A stretch of DNA of 64,000 nucleotides from an uncultured Alphaproteobacteria bacterium (GTDB lineage Bacteria; Pseudomonadota; Alphaproteobacteria; Sphingomonadales; Sphingomonadaceae): positions 94,391 through 158,390 of the forward strand of contig CAVRMK010000001.1 in assembly GCA_963722545.1 (NCBI GenBank), in the 5' to 3' direction. A program made the position numbers and the translations under genes. Under the pieces are notes generated by a model. The model was not told the DNA's origin. It saw nothing but the letters and a program-made list of their open reading frames with translations, and did no database searches. How positions within the stretch are numbered: the stretch's first letter is position 1; every line of letters starts with the position of its first letter. Below, piece after piece: positions 28,891 to 40,691 of this stretch.

Positions 28891-30042
28891 ATGTCCGGAC
28901 AGGGACTCGAATTCGACCTCGGCGAGATGGCCGACACGATCCGCGAAACGACCGAGCGGTTCGCGCGGGAGAAGATCCAGCCGATCGCGGCCGAAATCGA
29001 CGAGAAGGACGAATTCCCGCGCGACCTGTGGCCGCAGATGGGCGAGCTCGGGCTCCACGGAATCACCGTCGAGGAGGAATATGGCGGGCTTGGCCTCGGC
29101 TATCTCGAGCATGTCGTGGCGCAGGAAGAGGTGGCACGCGCCTCGGCTTCGGTCGGCCTCTCATACGGCGCCCACTCGAACCTCTGCGTCAACCAGATCC
29201 GCCGCTGGGGCAATGACGAGCAGAAGAAGAAATATCTGCCCAGGCTGATCAGCGGCGAGCATGTCGGCGCGCTGGCGATGAGCGAGGCGGGCGCTGGCTC
29301 CGACGTCGTCGGAATGAAGCTCAAGGCCGAGAAATCGGGCAACGGCTACCGCCTCAACGGCACCAAGTTCTGGATCACCAACGGCGCCAATGCCGACACC
29401 TTGGTCGTCTATGCCAAGACCGGTGAGGGGAGCCGCGGGATCACCGCCTTCCTGATCGAGAAGGACATGGACGGTTATTCGACCGGTCAGAAGATCGACA
29501 AGCTCGGGATGCGCGGCTCTCCGACCAGCGAATTGGTGTTCGAGGATTGCTTCGTCCCGCCCGAAAATGTGCTGGGCGAGGAGAATGAGGGTGTCGCGGT
29601 GCTGATGAGCGGGCTCGACTATGAGCGCACCGTGCTCGCCGGAATCCAGATCGGGATCATGCAGGCCTGTCTCGACACCGTTTTGCCCTACGTGCGCGAG
29701 CGCAAGCAGTTCGGAAAGCCGATCGGGGAGTTCCAGCTGATGCAGGCCAAGGTCGCCGACATGTATGTCGCGCTCAACAGCTCGCGGGCCTATGTCTACC
29801 AGGTCGCCAGGGCGTGCGACGCGGGCAAGACGACGCGCTTTGACGCCGCTGGCGCGATCCTGCTGGCAAGCGAAAACGCCGTGAAGGTCGCCAACGAGGC
29901 GGTCCAGGCGCTGGGCGGCGCCGGCTACACCAAGGACTGGCCGGTCGAGCGCTACTATCGCGACGCCAAATTGCTCGACATCGGCGCCGGCACCAACGAG
30001 ATTCGTCGAATGCTGATCGGGCGCGAGTTGATCGGTCCATAG
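28891..30042 (+). CDS. ivd: Isovaleryl-CoA dehydrogenase
   Basis: [20 protein letters not shown] and [10 protein letters not shown] motifs; lies in the leucine catabolism cluster. Confidence 0.93.
   Translation: MSGQGLEFDLGEMADTIRETTERFAREKIQPIAAEIDEKDEFPRDLWPQMGELGLHGITVEEEYGGLGLGYLEHVVAQEEVARASASVGLSYGAHSNLCVNQIRRWGNDEQKKKYLPRLISGEHVGALAMSEAGAGSDVVGMKLKAEKSGNGYRLNGTKFWITNGANADTLVVYAKTGEGSRGITAFLIEKDMDGYSTGQKIDKLGMRGSPTSELVFEDCFVPPENVLGEENEGVAVLMSGLDYERTVLAGIQIGIMQACLDTVLPYVRERKQFGKPIGEFQLMQAKVADMYVALNSSRAYVYQVARACDAGKTTRFDAAGAILLASENAVKVANEAVQALGGAGYTKDWPVERYYRDAKLLDIGAGTNEIRRMLIGRELIGP
29962..30042 (+). repeat. ivd 3' end, copy 1 of an 81-bp direct repeat
   Basis: 68/81 identical to 30964-31044; first 24 nt identical. 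Confidence 0.95.
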
Positions 30043-30094
30043 CAGATAGTCCGGGTTTGCCTTATGGCTTCCTTCCCGGCGGAAGGAGGATGCG

Positions 30095-30961
30095 ATGCGT
30101 TTCTTGGCACTGCTTGCGGCCTCCGCCGTCACGACTGGTTGCGGGTCATCCGATGATCGAGAACGTCAGGCAACACTGGCCGCCGCGGCTACCGCCGCCA
30201 GCTTCGACGGGGCCGACTACGACGACGGCGCAGCCAAAGTCGGGCATGGCAAAAGGTTGTCGTCGCTGTTCGGCTGCAACGCTTGCCACGGCGCCGATTA
30301 TACCGGCGTCAACTTCGGCGAGATGATCCCGTTGGTCGAGGGGCTTTGGGCAAGCAATATCTCTCTCACGATGCCAAAGATGGGTGACTCAGAGCTCGAG
30401 CGGCTGCTGCGCAAGGGCGTCCATCCCGATCGCGAAATCTACCTCATGCCTTCCAAGCAGACACAGTTCATGTCCGAACGCGACATGGCTGCGCTGATCG
30501 GCTTCCTGCGCACAATCCCCCCGGCCGGCAAGCCGACGCCGCTGCCGCCGCGGGGCTTCGAAGAATCCGTGAGGGCTCGCCTTCCAAAGGACTATTGGCT
30601 GACAGAGGAGGAACGGAAAACCGGCTCCTATGCCAACGCCGCCGACGAGGTTGACTATTACGCAGCCCACCGGCCGCCCGACCTAGGTCCTCAATTCGCG
30701 CGTGGCCGGATGATCGCCGAAACCGTGTGCAGCAGCTGTCATGGCGCGGCACTCGATGGGGTTGGAGAGCCGGCCGGCGACATCCAAGGGGCGCTCGCCT
30801 ATGACGATGCCGCCTTCGATCGCCTGCTGATCGACAGCATCGACCGGACCGGCAAGCGGGTTATAGTTGCGGAATGGGGTGTCGGCCACGAAGCCAAACT
30901 GACTCCAGGTGAGCGCCGCGACGTCGTTGCGTATGTTCGCGCGCTGGCTCGCGCGCGCTAA
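30095..30961 (+). CDS. Di-haem cytochrome c lipoprotein
   Basis: Lipobox-like TTGC; CNACH and CSSCH haem motifs. Confidence 0.9.
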   Translation: MRFLALLAASAVTTGCGSSDDRERQATLAAAATAASFDGADYDDGAAKVGHGKRLSSLFGCNACHGADYTGVNFGEMIPLVEGLWASNISLTMPKMGDSELERLLRKGVHPDREIYLMPSKQTQFMSERDMAALIGFLRTIPPAGKPTPLPPRGFEESVRARLPKDYWLTEEERKTGSYANAADEVDYYAAHRPPDLGPQFARGRMIAETVCSSCHGAALDGVGEPAGDIQGALAYDDAAFDRLLIDSIDRTGKRVIVAEWGVGHEAKLTPGERRDVVAYVRALARAR

Positions 30962-30963
30962 GT

Positions 30964-31044
30964 GACGCCAAATTGCTCGACATCGGCACCGGCACTAACG
31001 AAATTCGCCGCATGCTGATCGGTCGCGAGCTGGTCGGCGCCTGA
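30964..31044 (+). pseudogene. Orphan duplicate of the last 27 codons of ivd
   Basis: Reads [26 protein letters not shown]-stop vs [26 protein letters not shown]-stop; no in-frame start upstream. Confidence 0.93.
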
Positions 31045-31097
31045 TTGCCATTCCCCGTCGTCCCGCTAGGCTTGCCAATACACAGGGGGAGGGGCGG

Positions 31098-31916
31098 ATG
31101 CGCGCATGGGCGATTGGACTGCTGCTGCTCGCAGGCTGCGACCGCAAGGCTGAGGAAGCGTCGGCTTTCGAGGCGGTGCCAGCAGCCATCACCTACGAAG
31201 GGGGCGACTACCAAACCGAAGCGGCGAAGGTCGCCCATGGCAAGAGGTTGGCGACGGTGCTTGATTGCACGGGATGCCACGGCGACAACCTGCAAGGCTC
31301 CGACCTCGGAACGCCAAAGGACGGCGCGATGTGGGCCCCGAACATCACCCTGGTTCTCGACAGATATGATGACGCCGAACTCGACAAGCTGATCCGCCAG
31401 GGCGTCCCCCACGACGGCCGCGAACTCTGGTTCATGCCGGTCGAAAGCTATCAGTTCCTCAGCGACGCGGACACGGGGGCGATCATAGCCTATCTTCTCA
31501 CCGTCAGGCCGGCGGGCAAGCCAGCACCGGCGTTCGAGAAGAACAAGTCGCTGCAGAAGGAAATTGCAGACGGCCTGATCGGCAATGCGCAGGTGCAGCT
31601 CGCCAAGTTCCGCCAGGAGGAGCCGGCTGACCTTGGGGCGCAGCACGCTTTCGGGCGCTACATCGCCAAGACGACCTGCTCGGGCTGCCATAACAATGCG
31701 TTGCAGGGCTGGGGCGATTTCGCCCCGAGCCTGGACGTCGCCGGCGCTTATTCCAAGGAAGAGCTGACCCGGCTTCTCACTACCGGCGAGGGCAAGGTGA
31801 AGAAGGACCTCGGCATGATGAGCGGCATCGCCCGTAACAGCTTCTCCAGGCTGACCGAGCGAGAGCGGGAAGCTGTGGTCGATTACGTCCTAGCCCGCGC
31901 CAACCGGCCGCATTGA
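31098..31916 (+). CDS. Di-haem cytochrome c lipoprotein (paralog of 30095..30961)
   Basis: Lipobox LAGC; CTGCH and CSGCH; shares the G-x-DY...AAKV-x-HGKRL block. Confidence 0.9.
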   Translation: MRAWAIGLLLLAGCDRKAEEASAFEAVPAAITYEGGDYQTEAAKVAHGKRLATVLDCTGCHGDNLQGSDLGTPKDGAMWAPNITLVLDRYDDAELDKLIRQGVPHDGRELWFMPVESYQFLSDADTGAIIAYLLTVRPAGKPAPAFEKNKSLQKEIADGLIGNAQVQLAKFRQEEPADLGAQHAFGRYIAKTTCSGCHNNALQGWGDFAPSLDVAGAYSKEELTRLLTTGEGKVKKDLGMMSGIARNSFSRLTEREREAVVDYVLARANRPH

Positions 31917-31933
31917 TCCAAAGTGGAGGTGAG

Positions 31934-32338
31934 ATGAGGATTGCTGTGATGATCTTGGCGGCGGCACTTGCCGGACCCTCGTCGGCTCAAAGCGCGCCCG
32001 ACCTTCGGCCTCCGGTCGTGGTCGGCGAGAACAGTGGTCCCGTCCGCCTCGAGTTCGGCCAGTTGCTCGAGGTTCGGCTGCCGATGCAGGCGGGCACGGG
32101 GTACAGCTGGGCGGCGTCGGGCGACGGCGCCAACCTCGAGTTCATCGACCAGACGACACTTCACCCGTGGGGCGGGGCGTCGAGCGTCGGCGGGACCCAG
32201 ACGCAGATGTTCATCTATCGCGCGATCGCGCCCGGCGAGGCGATGCTGCGCTTCGCCTACCGGCGCCCGTGGGAAGGCGGCGTTCCGCCGGCGAAGACGG
32301 TCGAGCAACGGGTGACGATTGGCCCTCTGCCGCGCTAG
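31934..32338 (+). CDS. Protease inhibitor I42 (chagasin) family protein
   Basis: Signal peptide; AGTGYSW, VGG and YRRPWE motifs. Confidence 0.85.
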   Translation: MRIAVMILAAALAGPSSAQSAPDLRPPVVVGENSGPVRLEFGQLLEVRLPMQAGTGYSWAASGDGANLEFIDQTTLHPWGGASSVGGTQTQMFIYRAIAPGEAMLRFAYRRPWEGGVPPAKTVEQRVTIGPLPR

Positions 32339-33036
32339 ACGATTAGCCGGCCAACACCCCAGGCGACCAGCGCGACCCCGACTGCCTTGGCGAACAGCTC
32401 GCCGCGCGGGACCAATTTCTCGATCCCGACGACCAGGGTCAGCGCGGCGATCCAGGCGAAATTCATCACTCCGCCGACGAACAGCAAAACCATCAGGGCC
32501 CAGCAGCAGCCGAGGCAATATGCGCCGTGGAGAATGCCCAGGCGCACCGCTCCGGCTGTTCCGCGGCGCCAGTGGCGGCTGAGGAACTGCGCTGGCGAGC
32601 GGCAGTGGGCCAGGCACGCGCCCTTCCATGGTGAGAGTTGATAGAGGCCGGCGGCGATCAGCACCGCGCTGGCGAGCGCCGGGTTGGCAATCGCCATGTG
32701 CTGGTTCGCGATCCACAGCTGAAGGGCCGCGGCGACAACCGAGAAACCGAGCCAGACCAAGACATAGCCGACCGCGAACACACCGGGGTGAACCACCGCC
32801 GTTCCAGAGCGTCGCTGGTCGCGCACTCGGGCATAAAGAAGGATCGTAGGGGCCGCTGACGGCAGCATCATCGCAACCATCATCAGCCACCACATCACGA
32901 CCACGGCGGCGAAGGGCGGGGGCTCCATAGTCATCCCGTCCATCGGCTCCATGCCTGCACCGGCGGCGAGGAACCACCAGGCGAGGGCGACGAGGAGAAG
33001 GATTGCGCCGGCGACGATGGCGCGCTCGAGACGCAT
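32335..33036 (-). CDS. DUF2182 predicted metal-binding membrane protein
   Basis: WWLMMVAMMLPS, KGACLAHCRSP and YCLGCCWALM motifs. Confidence 0.88.
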   Translation of the reverse strand: MRLERAIVAGAILLLVALAWWFLAAGAGMEPMDGMTMEPPPFAAVVVMWWLMMVAMMLPSAAPTILLYARVRDQRRSGTAVVHPGVFAVGYVLVWLGFSVVAAALQLWIANQHMAIANPALASAVLIAAGLYQLSPWKGACLAHCRSPAQFLSRHWRRGTAGAVRLGILHGAYCLGCCWALMVLLFVGGVMNFAWIAALTLVVGIEKLVPRGELFAKAVGVALVAWGVGRLIV

Positions 33037-33052
33037 CGCTCGGCGAATCGGC

Positions 33053-33688
33053 TCAGGCGTGGACGACACCGTGGCTGGACAGGTGGAGATGCGCGAACTG
33101 CGCATATTTGTCGGCGATCTCGATCTCCATCGGCCCGCCCGTGGTGCGGCTCGACGCACTCCCGATGTCGGCGACCTCATATTCGAAGCCGTCGGGGATT
33201 CGGATCTGCGCGCGCGATTCGGCGCCGGTCACCGGGTTGCGGATCGGCTCGCCGGTCATCTCGACATAGCCCGGGATCGACAGGCGCCCGCGGCGGCCCT
33301 CGACGTCGACCTCGAAGTTCATCGGGGCGAACACCGGCTCGTGCATGGTCTCGATGGTTCCGGCGAACACCGCGAACACGGTCGCGAACGGATCGGTGTC
33401 CTGGCCGGTCATGATTTTAAGCAAGGCCTCCCGCTGGGCCGCGTCGGCGCGTTCGTCGACGAACGCCAGCGCCTCGCCATGGCCGAGGTGGATCGCTTCG
33501 GGCCATTTGAACATCGCCGCGATGACGAGCCCGTCGAGCACGGTGTCGCCGTGCCGTCCCTGGTCGATCTGCATTCCGAACACCGCGTGGCAATGGCCCT
33601 TGTCGGGCAGAGCGTTGAACTGGCAGTTGCAGCCATATTCGCACGTGCAGTTGACGAGCTCGCGGCCCTTCAATTCCCAATATATCAT
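33053..33688 (-). CDS. DUF1326 protein
   Basis: NCTCEYGCNC...GHC and VDERADAAQREAL motifs; usual partner of DUF2182. Confidence 0.88.
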   Translation of the reverse strand: MIYWELKGRELVNCTCEYGCNCQFNALPDKGHCHAVFGMQIDQGRHGDTVLDGLVIAAMFKWPEAIHLGHGEALAFVDERADAAQREALLKIMTGQDTDPFATVFAVFAGTIETMHEPVFAPMNFEVDVEGRRGRLSIPGYVEMTGEPIRNPVTGAESRAQIRIPDGFEYEVADIGSASSRTTGGPMEIEIADKYAQFAHLHLSSHGVVHA

Positions 33689-33782
33689 CGCTTTGGCCTT
33701 CCTCTCCGTCGCTTCATAACAGGCTTCGCCGGCGCTGTGGAGCAGCTAGGCAAGGACGCCCGCACTCGCTAGGCCTTCGCCC

Positions 33783-35384
33783 ATGAGCGCACCGCGGCTG
33801 CAATCCGTTGTCGACTTGGGGAGCGACGAGGCCAAGGCGCGCGCCGCGCACAATCGTGCGCTCGCCGAGAAGCTTTGCGCCGACGTCGCCGAGGCGGCGA
33901 AGGGCGGTCCCGACAAGCATCGCGAGCGTCATGTCAGCCGCGGCAAGTTGCTCCCCCGCGACCGCGTCGAGCGGCTGCTCGATCCCGGCTCGCCGTTCCT
34001 CGAGATCGGCCAGCTCGCCGCCTGCGACATGTACGATGGCGAGGTGCCGGGCGCGGGCCTGATCGCCGGAATCGGCCGGGTGTCGGGGCGCCAGGTCATG
34101 ATCGTCTGCAACGACGCGACGGTCAAAGGCGGGACCTATTATCCGCTGACGGTCAAGAAGCACCTCCGCGCGCAGGAAATCGCGCTCGAGAACCGGCTTC
34201 CGTGCATCTATCTGGTCGATTCAGGCGGAGCGAACCTCCCGCACCAGGCCGAGGTCTTCCCCGACCGCGATCATTTCGGCCGCATCTTCTTCAACCAGGC
34301 GCAGATGAGCTCCAAGGGCATTGCCCAGATCGCCTGCGTCATGGGCAGCTGCACCGCCGGCGGCGCCTATGTCCCCGCGATGAGCGACGAGAGCGTGATC
34401 GTGCGCGAGCAGGGCACGATCTTCCTCGCCGGACCACCGCTGGTGAAGGCGGCGACGGGGGAGGAGATCAGCGCCGAGGAGCTGGGCGGCGGCGACCTCC
34501 ATGCACGCAAGTCGGGCGTGGTCGACCATCTCGCCGAGGACGACGAGCATGCGCTGACCATCGTCCGCGACATCGTCTCGACCCTGCCCGAGGACCGCGA
34601 GCCCGACCTCGCCTTGCGCGAGCCGCGCCCGCCGGCCTTCGACCCAGAGGAACTCTATTCAATCATCCCCGAGGACGTGCGCGCGCCTTATGATGTGCAC
34701 GAGGTGATCGCGCGGATCGTCGACGGCAGCGAGTTCCACGAGTTCAAACCGCTCTTCGGAAGCACGCTCGTCACCGGCTTCGCGCACATCTGGGGAATGC
34801 CGGTCGCGATCCTCGCCAACAATGGCGTCTTGTTCAGCGAATCCGCGGTCAAGGGCGCGCATTTCATCGAACTCGCCTGCCAGCGCCGCGTGCCTTTGCT
34901 GTTCCTGCAGAACATCTCGGGCTTCATGGTCGGCGGCAAATATGAGGCGGAGGGCATCGCCAAGCACGGCGCCAAGCTGGTGACCGCGGTCGCCACTGCC
35001 AGCGTGCCCAAGGTTACCGTGCTCATCGGCGGCAGCTTCGGCGCCGGCAATTACGGCATGGCCGGTCGCGCTTATTCTCCGCGCTTCCTGTTCACCTGGC
35101 CCAACGCCCGGATCAGCGTGATGGGCGGCGAGCAGGCGGCGTCGGTACTCGCTACCGTCCACCGCGACGCCGCCAAATGGACGCCCAAGCAGGCCGAAGC
35201 CTTCAAACAGCCGATCCGCGACGATTACGAGGCGCAGGGCAACCCCTGGCACGCGACCGCTCGGCTGTGGGACGACGGCATCATCGACCCCGCCCAGACC
35301 CGCGACGTGCTCGGGCTCGCCTTCGCTGCCTGCCTCAACGCGCCGATCCCCGAGCGCGCGCAGTTCGGGATTTTTAGGATGTGA
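33783..35384 (+). CDS. mccB: 3-methylcrotonyl-CoA carboxylase beta (carboxyltransferase) subunit
   Basis: [24 protein letters not shown] and GAGNYGM motifs; ends FGIFRM. Confidence 0.95.
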   Translation: MSAPRLQSVVDLGSDEAKARAAHNRALAEKLCADVAEAAKGGPDKHRERHVSRGKLLPRDRVERLLDPGSPFLEIGQLAACDMYDGEVPGAGLIAGIGRVSGRQVMIVCNDATVKGGTYYPLTVKKHLRAQEIALENRLPCIYLVDSGGANLPHQAEVFPDRDHFGRIFFNQAQMSSKGIAQIACVMGSCTAGGAYVPAMSDESVIVREQGTIFLAGPPLVKAATGEEISAEELGGGDLHARKSGVVDHLAEDDEHALTIVRDIVSTLPEDREPDLALREPRPPAFDPEELYSIIPEDVRAPYDVHEVIARIVDGSEFHEFKPLFGSTLVTGFAHIWGMPVAILANNGVLFSESAVKGAHFIELACQRRVPLLFLQNISGFMVGGKYEAEGIAKHGAKLVTAVATASVPKVTVLIGGSFGAGNYGMAGRAYSPRFLFTWPNARISVMGGEQAASVLATVHRDAAKWTPKQAEAFKQPIRDDYEAQGNPWHATARLWDDGIIDPAQTRDVLGLAFAACLNAPIPERAQFGIFRM

Positions 35385-35398
35385 ATCAGAGAGGAACA

Positions 35399-35803
35399 AT
35401 GCGAATCCTGATCTTGATTCTGGCGTTCGTTGCGGCTTCGCCGGCGTTGGCCCAGACCGCGGACACCGAGAAGCCAGCCACGCAGCAGCGGCCGATGCAC
35501 CTCGTGGTATTAAACAAACACGGGCCCAATTTTGAAAAGCTGTCGCAAATGCGAGCGGAGGCGCTCGCCCACCGCGACATCTACCTGAAGCTCACCGCGG
35601 CGGGCGACATCCTCGTCAGCGGCCGGCTCGAAGGCGATCCGTCCCTGGGCCTGACGGTTTTCCGGCAAGGCGTAGACGAAAAGCGGATTCGGAAGCTGCT
35701 GGCTGACGACGCGATCATCAAGGCAGGCGTTCTTGAGCTGGAGTTCCGCTATTGGTCGATCCAGATGGGCGCACTGATTCCGACTCCAGCGACAGCGAAA
35801 TGA
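35399..35803 (+). CDS. Exported YciI-like protein
   Basis: Signal peptide; ALAH...ILVSGRL...LLADDAIIKAG pattern. Confidence 0.6.
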   Translation: MRILILILAFVAASPALAQTADTEKPATQQRPMHLVVLNKHGPNFEKLSQMRAEALAHRDIYLKLTAAGDILVSGRLEGDPSLGLTVFRQGVDEKRIRKLLADDAIIKAGVLELEFRYWSIQMGALIPTPATAK

Positions 35804-35832
35804 AGTGCAGCAAGTGGATCCGTGTGAAGACC

Positions 35833-35904
35833 GGCTTGTCTTTCTCCGCTGCGCTCGACGCGCCAAACCCCGGGTGGCCGCGCCTCCAGGTGTTCCGGAT
35901 GTGC
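35833..35904 (+). pseudogene. Decayed duplicate of the last 24 codons of mccB
   Basis: Gapless GLSFSAALDAPNPGWPRLQVFRM-TGC vs mccB 35313-35384 [26 protein letters not shown]; 44/72 nt and 11/23 aa identical. Confidence 0.75.
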
Positions 35905-35915
35905 GGGAGGGTTCG

Positions 35916-36428
35916 ATGAGGCTCATGCCCGCACTTTTTCTCGCGCTCATTGCCTGCGGCAACCAGCCAGCGGGGAATGCCATGACCAGTGAGCAGGCTC
36001 CGGACGGCCCCGTAGCCGCCGGCTCTCCAGCACTGCCCAAGGATGCGCTCCAGCAGCGTTGCGGCATGCCCAAGCTCGACTTCCGCGCTGCAGCAAATCT
36101 CAGCGAGAAGGACCGCGCCCGCTTCACAGACAATTTCCGCATCGCGCTGGACAAGGCCTGCACCGAGGGGCTGCTGGAGGGCGATCTGATCGTCGACGAG
36201 CGCGCTTATGTGAAGGACACCATCTTCGTCATGAACGCGCCCGAGGCGAACGTCACTTCGCTCTACTTCGGGCCCTCGGCCGCGCCGCCCGCGATGCTGC
36301 TCGAATCTCCGTTCGGTGACCCGCCGCAAGTCCCCTCGGTCGAGGACCTGCACGAGGCAATTTACTGCTGGACCAAGGGCGCGACCGATGAAGAGCAGGA
36401 AACGAGCGGCAGGTGCCTTCCCGACTGA
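35916..36428 (+). CDS. Hypothetical lipoprotein
   Basis: GGGAGG RBS; lipobox LIAC; four further Cys residues. Confidence 0.7.
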   Translation: MRLMPALFLALIACGNQPAGNAMTSEQAPDGPVAAGSPALPKDALQQRCGMPKLDFRAAANLSEKDRARFTDNFRIALDKACTEGLLEGDLIVDERAYVKDTIFVMNAPEANVTSLYFGPSAAPPAMLLESPFGDPPQVPSVEDLHEAIYCWTKGATDEEQETSGRCLPD

Positions 36429-36435
36429 TCCGCGC

Positions 36436-37011
36436 TTGACCAGGCCGTCGCTGCTGTCGCGGTTCGTCCGCTGGCTATTGATCGCAATCTATCGGCTCCG
36501 CGGATGGCACGTCGAGGGGCGCGTTCCGCCGGTCCCGAAGTTCATCGTCATCGGCGCGCCGCACACCTCCAACTGGGACTTTGCGGTCTTTCTCGGCGCG
36601 ATCGACGAGCTTGGGGTCCAGCCCAGCTATATCGGCAAACATAGCCTGTTCCGTTGGCCGATGCGGCGCTTCTTCACCGACATGGGCGGAATCCCGATCG
36701 ATCGGACGAAGCGTCACAATTACGTGATCCAGGTTGCGAGCGAGATTGCCAAGCGGGACCGGATCGCGCTGGTCATCGCGCCCGAAGGGACCCGTCACCC
36801 CACTGGCGTCTGGCATTCGGGTTTTTATCATATCGCGCTCCGGGCGAACGTCCCGATCGTGCCCGCCTGGCTTGACCGGAAGCGCAGGCGCGCTGGCCTC
36901 GGCGAGGCCATCTATCCGAGCGGCGACTATGCCGCCGACCTCGAGCGGATCGCCGCTTTCTATCGGTCGAACCTGCCCGATCATCCGCGCCTTGCCCTCA
37001 TCCGGCCGTGA
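36436..37011 (+). CDS. 1-acyl-sn-glycerol-3-phosphate acyltransferase family protein
   Basis: PHTSNWD, GGIPIDR and APEGTR motifs; start codon uncertain (TTG used). Confidence 0.88.
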   Translation: MTRPSLLSRFVRWLLIAIYRLRGWHVEGRVPPVPKFIVIGAPHTSNWDFAVFLGAIDELGVQPSYIGKHSLFRWPMRRFFTDMGGIPIDRTKRHNYVIQVASEIAKRDRIALVIAPEGTRHPTGVWHSGFYHIALRANVPIVPAWLDRKRRRAGLGEAIYPSGDYAADLERIAAFYRSNLPDHPRLALIRP

Positions 37012-37056
37012 CGCAGCGCTTTCCAATTCCTCATCGAACAGGCTAGTCGGGCGCCA

Positions 37057-38922
<1,866 letters not shown>

Positions 38923-38949
38923 GGCATTGTAGCGGCTAGGAGACCGAAG

Positions 38950-39483
38950 ATGCGCAGTTTTGCTGCCCTTGTGCCATTCGCTTTGCTTGCCGCCTGTGCC
39001 TACCCCGAACCGGTCGGTGGGCCGCCGATCGCGCTCGTCAATTCGGCCGGCCAGTCGGTCGGCACGGTCAGCGCCTGGCAGACTGCGGGCGGCCTTGGCC
39101 TGCGCATCCAGGCGTCGGGCCTGCCGCACGGGATCCACGCCATTCACGTCCACGCGGTTGGCCGCTGCGATACCCCAGGGTTCGACAGCGCCGGTCCGCA
39201 CTGGAACCCGGTGAGCCGCAAGCACGGCCTCAGCAACCCGGCTGGCCCGCACGGCGGCGACCTCCCCAACGTCACCGTCTCCGCCAACGGCGTGCTGTCA
39301 ACCATCGTCACGGTTTCGGGCGCCAGCCTTGCCGCAGGCTCGCTGGGCGATGGCGACGGCGCGGCGCTGGTGCTCCACGCCGGCCCGGACGATTATGTGA
39401 CCGACCCCAGCGGCAACAGCGGCGGGCGGATCGCTTGCGCCATTCTGGTGCCATCTCCGGCCCGGGCCATAGGCGCGCCTTAA
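38950..39483 (+). CDS. sodC: Cu/Zn superoxide dismutase lipoprotein
   Basis: Lipobox LAAC; HAIHVH, SAGPHWNP, HGGDLPN and GNSGGRIAC motifs. Confidence 0.93.
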   Translation: MRSFAALVPFALLAACAYPEPVGGPPIALVNSAGQSVGTVSAWQTAGGLGLRIQASGLPHGIHAIHVHAVGRCDTPGFDSAGPHWNPVSRKHGLSNPAGPHGGDLPNVTVSANGVLSTIVTVSGASLAAGSLGDGDGAALVLHAGPDDYVTDPSGNSGGRIACAILVPSPARAIGAP

Positions 39484-39537
39484 GCCTCTCTTTACCCTGT
39501 CGGGCCTAGTCTTCCTCCCCAAAGGAGACGAGAGCCG

Positions 39538-40128
39538 ATGGACCACGTGCCTGCCGTCCCGAAGGCCGCGAGCGATGACGCGCCGGGCATGCCCGAGCGC
39601 GAGCCGCGCCGCGCGGTCGAGTTTCCGGCGCATCTGGTGGTTTCGGGCGGGCTGGAGCTCGACGTGCGCGTGCTCGATTTGTCCTACGACGGCTGCCAGG
39701 TCGAAGTGCCCAGGGTCGTGTTCGAGAACGACGAGGTCCAATTGTCGGTCCAGGGCCGCGGCGTCATCCACGCCACGGTGCGCTGGTGCAACTCGGGCCG
39801 CGCGGGACTCAAGTTCGCCGCCGAGGAGGCCGAGCGCGACCCGGTCGACCGTAAGGGCAACCGCCGCAACTCGGGCATCGAGGCCCAGCTTCGCCGGCTC
39901 GGCAATCTCAGCTACACCGTCGCCATCCGCGACATTTCGCGCGAGGGTTGCCAGGTCGACCTGGTCGAGCGGCCCGCCATCGGCGAGGTCATGCAGCTCA
40001 AGCTCCCCGGCCTCGAGACGATGGCGGCGCGGGTCCGCTGGGTCGACAATTATGTCGCCGGGCTCCATTTCGATCAGCCGATGCACCCGGCCGTGTTCGA
40101 CCTCTTGATGCAGCGCATGGGTCGCTAG
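39538..40128 (+). CDS. Tandem PilZ-domain protein
   Basis: Two RxxxR / DxSxxG pairs (REPRR..DLSYDG; RKGNRR..DISREG). Confidence 0.88.
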   Translation: MDHVPAVPKAASDDAPGMPEREPRRAVEFPAHLVVSGGLELDVRVLDLSYDGCQVEVPRVVFENDEVQLSVQGRGVIHATVRWCNSGRAGLKFAAEEAERDPVDRKGNRRNSGIEAQLRRLGNLSYTVAIRDISREGCQVDLVERPAIGEVMQLKLPGLETMAARVRWVDNYVAGLHFDQPMHPAVFDLLMQRMGR

Positions 40129-40204
40129 CCCCTTCGTCACCCCTTCCGAAGCGCGCCGCGACCCCCTAAGCACCTTTCCGATTCTTAGCTTGGAGGAGAG
40201 GCGC

Positions 40205-40501
40205 ATGAGCGCGTTCAATGTCGTTCGATTCCGGGTCAAGCCCGGGCGGAAGGAGGATTTCCTCGCCGCGCACAAGAAGGCGGCAGCCGACTGGCCCGGC
40301 CTTAAGCACGCCAACCTCATCCAGACCGGCGAGCGCGGCTTCTGCCTGATCGGCGAATGGGACAGCACGAAAGCGCTGGAGGAGGCGCGGCCGAAGATGA
40401 TCGAGACGCTCGACGGCTTCCGCGACTGCCTCGAGGTGCTGGGCCCCAAGGTCGGGGTTACCGCGGCGGTGTCGGGCGAAGTCGTGCTCGAGATGAAATA
40501 G
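40205..40501 (+). CDS. ABM-like dimeric alpha-beta barrel protein
   Basis: NVVRFRVKPG...IGEW pattern. Confidence 0.75.
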   Translation: MSAFNVVRFRVKPGRKEDFLAAHKKAAADWPGLKHANLIQTGERGFCLIGEWDSTKALEEARPKMIETLDGFRDCLEVLGPKVGVTAAVSGEVVLEMK

Positions 40502-40599
40502 AGCAAGCGGTCGAGGCAGAAACGTCGCGGTCACCCGTGCCGCAACCGGGGCCAAATCGTCCAAATACTTGAAAATGGCTGAAATTAGCCATTTTTAAT

Positions 40600-40624
40600 G
40601 GAACAATCGCGCCCTCCGTCCGTT
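40600..40624 (+). promoter_or_regulatory. EcfG promoter with an upstream inverted repeat (40572-40595)
   Basis: GGAAC-N16-CGTT; AAAATGGCT-N6-AGCCATTTT just upstream. Confidence 0.75.
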
Positions 40625-40691
40625 GAATCGATTGAGGTCCCCGCGTTCGGCGGAGGCTATTTCCGCAACGCACAGAAAAGGAGCCAATCCC

